From assembly GCA_030704615.1 (NCBI GenBank), contig CM060734.1, positions 42,780,001 through 42,844,000 on the forward strand: a DNA stretch of 64,000 nt, in the 5' to 3' direction. Both the position numbers and the translations under genes were made by a program. Under the pieces are notes generated by a model that saw only the letters and a list, made by a program, of their open reading frames with translations, did no database searches and was not told the DNA's origin. Positions 58,930 through 64,000 of this stretch are shown piece by piece; position 1 is the stretch's first letter, and each line of letters opens with the position of its first letter. This DNA comes from Takakia lepidozioides (taxonomy: Eukaryota; Plantae; Bryophyta).

Positions 58930-61482
58930 TAAATGGCGAAGGAGACAGACAGATGAGGTCATCCCAGGGATGAGGATAATGAACCTGGACCTCCAAAAAA
59001 AAACCCGAAAGGGGCCAGGCGCGAACTTCGTTGGGACATATACAATGACCCCAACATTCTTGCGGAACCAGGTTGGAAAATTTGGAGGTTGGGGCAGCGG
59101 TGGTCGTTTGGTGACTGTAGGAAATTTGTGGGCTGGTGTCACATAAATCGTTTGTGGCCCAAAGATAGGCATGAACTACAAACCAAACAAAATCAAGCTA
59201 GCTTGCATTCCTGCGTCAACCCGCATTTCCGCCACAGGGCAGAGGAGATACATACAACATTGTGGGGTCAACCGCTCGTCAACAACAAGGTCCCGTATTT
59301 ATTTGCGGTCATGTTGTACACATAGTTGATTTTATTGCGACCAGTGGATTGGCAAACTGCCACTGCGAGACAACATACTAGACTATACATGTTCTCTGAT
59401 ATCCCAGACTTGTATATACATCAGGAGCAAGACATCATACGGTTGGATGAAAATGACGAGGTGGAAGAAGGAGGAACGGCAGACGCAATGGTGGTGTGGG
59501 AGGTGTAGGGGGACCAACCTCCAGATTATACGCCGCAACAGGTCTCCGCAGCCGGGCCTTCAACGTTTGAGGTGGAAGGGGGCGAGGTACGGTCTCCATT
59601 GGAGAAATAGTTGGCCGCACATGAACAGCACATTAAGGACCTACAAGACATTGTTCATTTGCAACAGTAGCAAATAGCGAAGTTGCTGGAAAGAATGGGG
59701 TTGGGGACTCTCGACAACGTACGCGGTGTGCTTCAGGACCCGAGGCCAATCACCAATGAGCAAGACATATTGGTGCGTTTGGATATGCCATCAATGGACA
59801 TTGACCACGTCATCGACGGGGTTGACTCAATCGGGCATGGGAATGAAGTGTAAACGCCTGAACTGGACTCGACGAGGGTTGAGGAAGAAAGACTTGCGGC
59901 GGAGAGGGCAAGAAAAGGAAAGGACCCCATAGTGGAAACTGGGGAATGTTCGGCCGTGCAAATCACATCGGCCTAGGAACATGAATTAGAGCAGCTTGTG
60001 GGGGAACGTGACTAGGGTTGTTGCATATTGGTACTCAAATGCCATGCAAATCCGATCGCGGCCATGGTTGAAGGGGAATTGGCGGAATTGGGTGACATGG
60101 GCGGGCCATCTAGCATCGCGGGAAACACGGATAGAAGAAGCGTTCTCCTCCCTCCAACGTACAGCACGTTTGTCGAATCGAAACGTAGATAACATCGCTG
60201 CTAATTTGCAAAGGCATCACACTGTGCGTGATGTATTCACGTCGAAATACACTGGATTCACCACATGGGGTGATGTGTGATGTCATGTTTGAGCACTGTG
60301 TACATACAATTTCCGAGAGTATAAACTAGGATTTGGAAGTAGAGAATGAGAGGGACAGCAGGCCGAGGATGTCATCCGGCATTCATGAGGAATCGTGGAC
60401 GTGGATACCACGGAGCAATCCACCGTCATGGGTAACAGATGGTTACGGTGTGCACAATGTGCCTAAACCCTTACGGACTGGAGGGAGGCTATATGCTTGG
60501 TTCATGTGGCCATTTGTTCCACCCCACATGTCTCATATCGACAGCCATGCGAGCCAGCCAATGCTCTGACTATCGTGGACCAATCCATCAATGTTTCTAC
60601 AATATGTTTGGGTTGCAAGACAATATGCCCACAAGATACGAGTACAACCAGTACAACATGCCATTGGATGTGGAGCCTTACGATTTTTTAGATTGTCAGC
60701 ACTGGAGGAAGACAATGACATAGGATGCTCCAAGAGAGATGCACGCCTTGGATGCCTTGACTAAATCTAGGGTTAAAGATCCGGTGACCTTTTGGGTGAC
60801 ATCCACATGGGAAATAACCGTGCGTGCTAGAGGCGTACGGGACCCACTCCAAAGGGAGCTTTTTTGCCAGAACTTGGGAGGGCATTGGAGCTATACCAGA
60901 CAAAGATTCTTCCGACTGCCTGAGGATCCGTGGGTGCCAGCGGAGAACGACCCATACAATCGCGAACCGATTGGGAGAGACCTATTTCTAAGGGAGTTGG
61001 AGGACGTTAGCATCTGTTGGGATAATATGAATGAGAGGTACTGGGTGCCTCGTCAGGATGAAGGGCCATTTCCTCCAGAGTTGCGCGGAGACCCCCAGCA
61101 GGAGGAGATGTTGGACAATTTCAAAGCTGCCATCAGGAGTGTTGTTCGGTATTGGCAGAACACATGACGTGACCAAGTTGCCCCTATTCCAGGGGTGTTC
61201 TTGCCACTTCCAAACATACCGGATTTAATTGAAAAATTGCATGAAGCCGTAGCAAGAGCGACAAACCCGGCTCTGGCAAGTGTGAAAGAGATTCAGCACT
61301 CGCCTAGAACGTTACGCATGATGACAAGGGTGGACCACACAACACTGGGTCCCTCTTTGACCACTCAAGCCTAGGCTCGAGCTCTCCGTACTGGTGGAGG
61401 CATGTCCTCTACACCCGGAGCATCTTCATCAACATTTGGAGATGACGACAACGAAGTAATTAATCTAGATGAAGATGACTAG
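58930..61482 (+). pseudogene. Degenerate transposon accessory gene with RING-H2-like finger
   Basis: Broken coding-like sequence; 60439-60600 reads VCTMCLNPYGLEGGYMLGSCGHLFHPTCLISTAMRASQCSDY (C-x2-C...C-x-H-x2-H-x2-C...C-x2-Y); acidic tail GDDDNEVINLDEDD*. Confidence 0.55.
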
Positions 61483-61574
61483 AAAGGCTAGAAACATAGG
61501 TGGTAGGCCAAAGGTCTCAGGTTGCGAAAACTTAAATGTGCAACCCACTGTATTGTCCACGTAATTTTTGGAAA

Positions 61575-63970
61575 TACGAGGTTCATCCTTTGAACCATTT
61601 TTTATTATCCTCATACTTGTTCAATACCTGTTCAACGGCATGTACAATATACTGGTAAAGTTTCAAAATAATTAAAAATTTGTTGAATGAAGATACCATT
61701 GGTTCACCCATTGCAATATTTTAAATCGAACTCATACTTATCCGGTACCTTTAAGAGGGCATATACAATGCAATGACAAAGTTTGAAAGCAATCAGAAAT
61801 CGACATATCAAGTAACCATTGGTTCATCCTGTAAACAATTTTTTATTGATCTCATACTTGTCCAGTCCATGTAAGAGGGCATGTAGAACATACTAGCAAA
61901 ATTTCAAATCATTCAAAATTTATTTGATCAATGAACCTTTGGTTCATCCTTTTCAACATTAACGATTAATCACGAATAAATGAACAGACGAATAAATCAT
62001 TTGCCTCCCCATCGACGCGCTCACCCCTCAAGCCATTCCAGAATTTAATTGAATTTAAATTAATTTTAAGCCAATAAATAGGTATGCACTACCTTTCATT
62101 GGGGAATTCTGGCACGTATCGATTTTGTTTTTGGCTCAATTTTGTTCTGCGGCTTCAAGCATCCCACTGCTACTCCCCCACCAAAATTTGGACCAATAAA
62201 AAATGCCCCCAAAAAAGAGTGTTCTCTTCGCTCATTATTGCAGAACTCTCTATGAAGAGTGCATGAAGTAGAGCACAAATCAAATTTGGAGTGCAAAACA
62301 GGGAAGAAACTATGATTTTGGGTCCAGATGAATTTTGATCGCTTCCAAATTTGGCACGCACATTACATATGGAGTCATTACACGCCCCATTAAAAAACGG
62401 AATGAAAAAAAAAAAACACGAGCACGCGAAACGCAGTCCAACAGGTCCCAAAGTAATAGCAGATCCAACGAAATACATTCAACGGGTGAACGGATGGTTG
62501 CCCATCCAAATCATTTTTGTTTGCTTCTAAAATTTGCCAGTACGTTCGAGACACCCTCTCACATGTCCCTGACTAATATCAGATCAATCGAAATTCATTC
62601 AATGGCTCAACAGATGGTTGGCCATCGAAATGATTTTGGTTCGCTTTGAGACTTGGCCAGTTTGTTCAATTGTAAGAGGCCCCAAAGTACTATGAGATCA
62701 ATCGAAACTCGTTCAATGGGCCAACAGATGGTTGCCCATCCAAATGATTTTCGTTCGCTTTAAGACTTGGCCAGTGTGTTCAATGTACCCTTTGATAAGT
62801 TCCAGTGTAATATGAGATCAATCGAAATTCATTCAATGGGCCAATGAGGCGTTCAGTTGTCATCTGGTTTTTGTTCGTTGCTGCAATGTGTGCACAGCTA
62901 TTGCACCCATTGAACGGATGTGGTTGAAGCCTCTCTTTTGCCCGCATGTGCTTCAACATGTGCGGAGACACAACAGACGAATAAATCATTTGCCTCCCCA
63001 TCGACGGCAAGCCATTCCAGAATGTAATTGAATTTAAATTATTTTTAAGCCAATAAATAAGTTTTGCATTGCCTTTCGTTGGGGGTTTCTGGCATGTATC
63101 GATTTTGTTTTTGGCTCAATTTTGTTCTGCGGCTTCAAGCATCCTACTGCTACTCCCCCGCCAAAATTTGGACCAATAAAAAATGCCCCAAAAAAAAAAA
63201 GTGTTCTTCTTCGCTCACTATTGCAGAACTATCTATGAAGAGTGCATGAAGTAGAGCACAAATGAAGTTTGGAGTGCAAAACAGGGAAGAAACTGTGGTT
63301 TTTGGGTCCAAATGAATTTTGATCGCTCCCAAATTTGGCACGCACGTTGTATATGGAGTCATTACATGCCCCATTAAGATAAATAAATAAACATGAGCAT
63401 GCGAAACGCAGTCCAACAAGTCCCAAAGTAATAGCAGATCCAACGGAATACATTCGATGGGTGAACGGATGGTTGCCCATCCAAATCATATTTGTTTGCT
63501 TCCAAACTTTGCCTGTACGTTCGAGACACCCTCTCACAGATCCTGGACTAATATCAGATCAATCGAAATTCATTCGATGGTTCAACGGATGGTTGGCCAT
63601 CGAAATGATTTTGGTTCGCTTTGAGACTTGGTCAGTATGTTCAATGTACCATGGAAGAGGCCCCAAAGTAATATGATCAATTGAAATTCGTTCAATGGGC
63701 CAACGGATGGTTGCCCATCCAATTTTCGTTCACTTTGAGACTTGGCCAGTGTGTTCAATGTACCCTCTGATAGGTCCCAGTGTAATATGAGATCAATCGT
63801 TAACGATTAATCATGAATCATCCAATATGGGAACTGTTGGTTCACCCTTTGAACCATTTTATATTGACATCATACTTGTCTAGTAACTTTAAGAGGACAT
63901 GTACAAGACACTTGCAAAGTTTCAAATCAATCCAAAATCATTTGGCAGGGGAATGATTGGTTCACCCATA
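61575..63970. repeat. Nested ~118-120 bp tandem repeat in both orientations, with a ~0.9-1 kb duplication
   Basis: Forward units (ttggttcacc...ctcatacttgt..aagagggcat) at 61580-61960 and 63830-63970; reverse-complement units at ~62460-62840 and 63437-63800; the block starting aacagacgaataaatcatttgcctcccc is repeated at ~61983 and ~62972. Confidence 0.8.
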
Positions 63971-64000
63971 GGCAGTTTCAGGGGGCTGCACTAGCAATTG

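Noticed and set aside
61537-61550. ATGTGCAACCC as the right TIR of the hAT starting at 55897
   Set aside because: Only a partial match, and the flanking 8-mers (ATACAAAC versus TATTGTCC) do not form a TSD.

Overview
Eukaryotic nuclear DNA from a non-seed land plant, most likely a bryophyte. The inference rests on spliceosomal GT-AG introns, many PLS-class PPR/E/DYW RNA-editing factor remnants, and bryophyte-type transposons. Three intact host genes sit in the middle: a ThrE/PRM10-family membrane exporter (+, 7 coding exons), kinetochore SPC25 (+, 5 exons) and an intronless CAMTA transcription factor (-). The first 30 kb is a cluster of rearranged, broken PPR-E-DYW copies. Several are preceded by OSB-type 'PDF' ssDNA-binding motif exons, and the region also holds a cyanovirin-N-homolog pseudogene and retroelement debris. 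The key object is an 11,157-bp Mutator-like element (13909-25065) with imperfect TIRs and a perfect 10-bp TSD (GTCGTAGGGG). It carries two divergent, intron-containing genes: a GCM-like/DDE/SWIM transposase (-) and a ParB/Srx-like + beta-class N6A/N4C amino-methyltransferase-like fusion gene (+). Two introns of the ParB-MTase gene hold about 11 copies of a 22-bp palindrome (TGAATG[T/G]CGT-TG-ACG[A/C]CATTCA). Together these suggest a transposon-borne ParB/parS-like self-recognition and DNA-marking (anti-silencing or epigenetic) module. The last 22 kb, apart from CAMTA, contains a hAT element with a nested Dualen/RandI-like LINE, Gypsy gag remnants, a hAT transposase fragment between hairpin arrays, a RING-finger cargo pseudogene and nested ~120-bp satellite. 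All domain calls come from motifs recognised by eye; no database searches were run.
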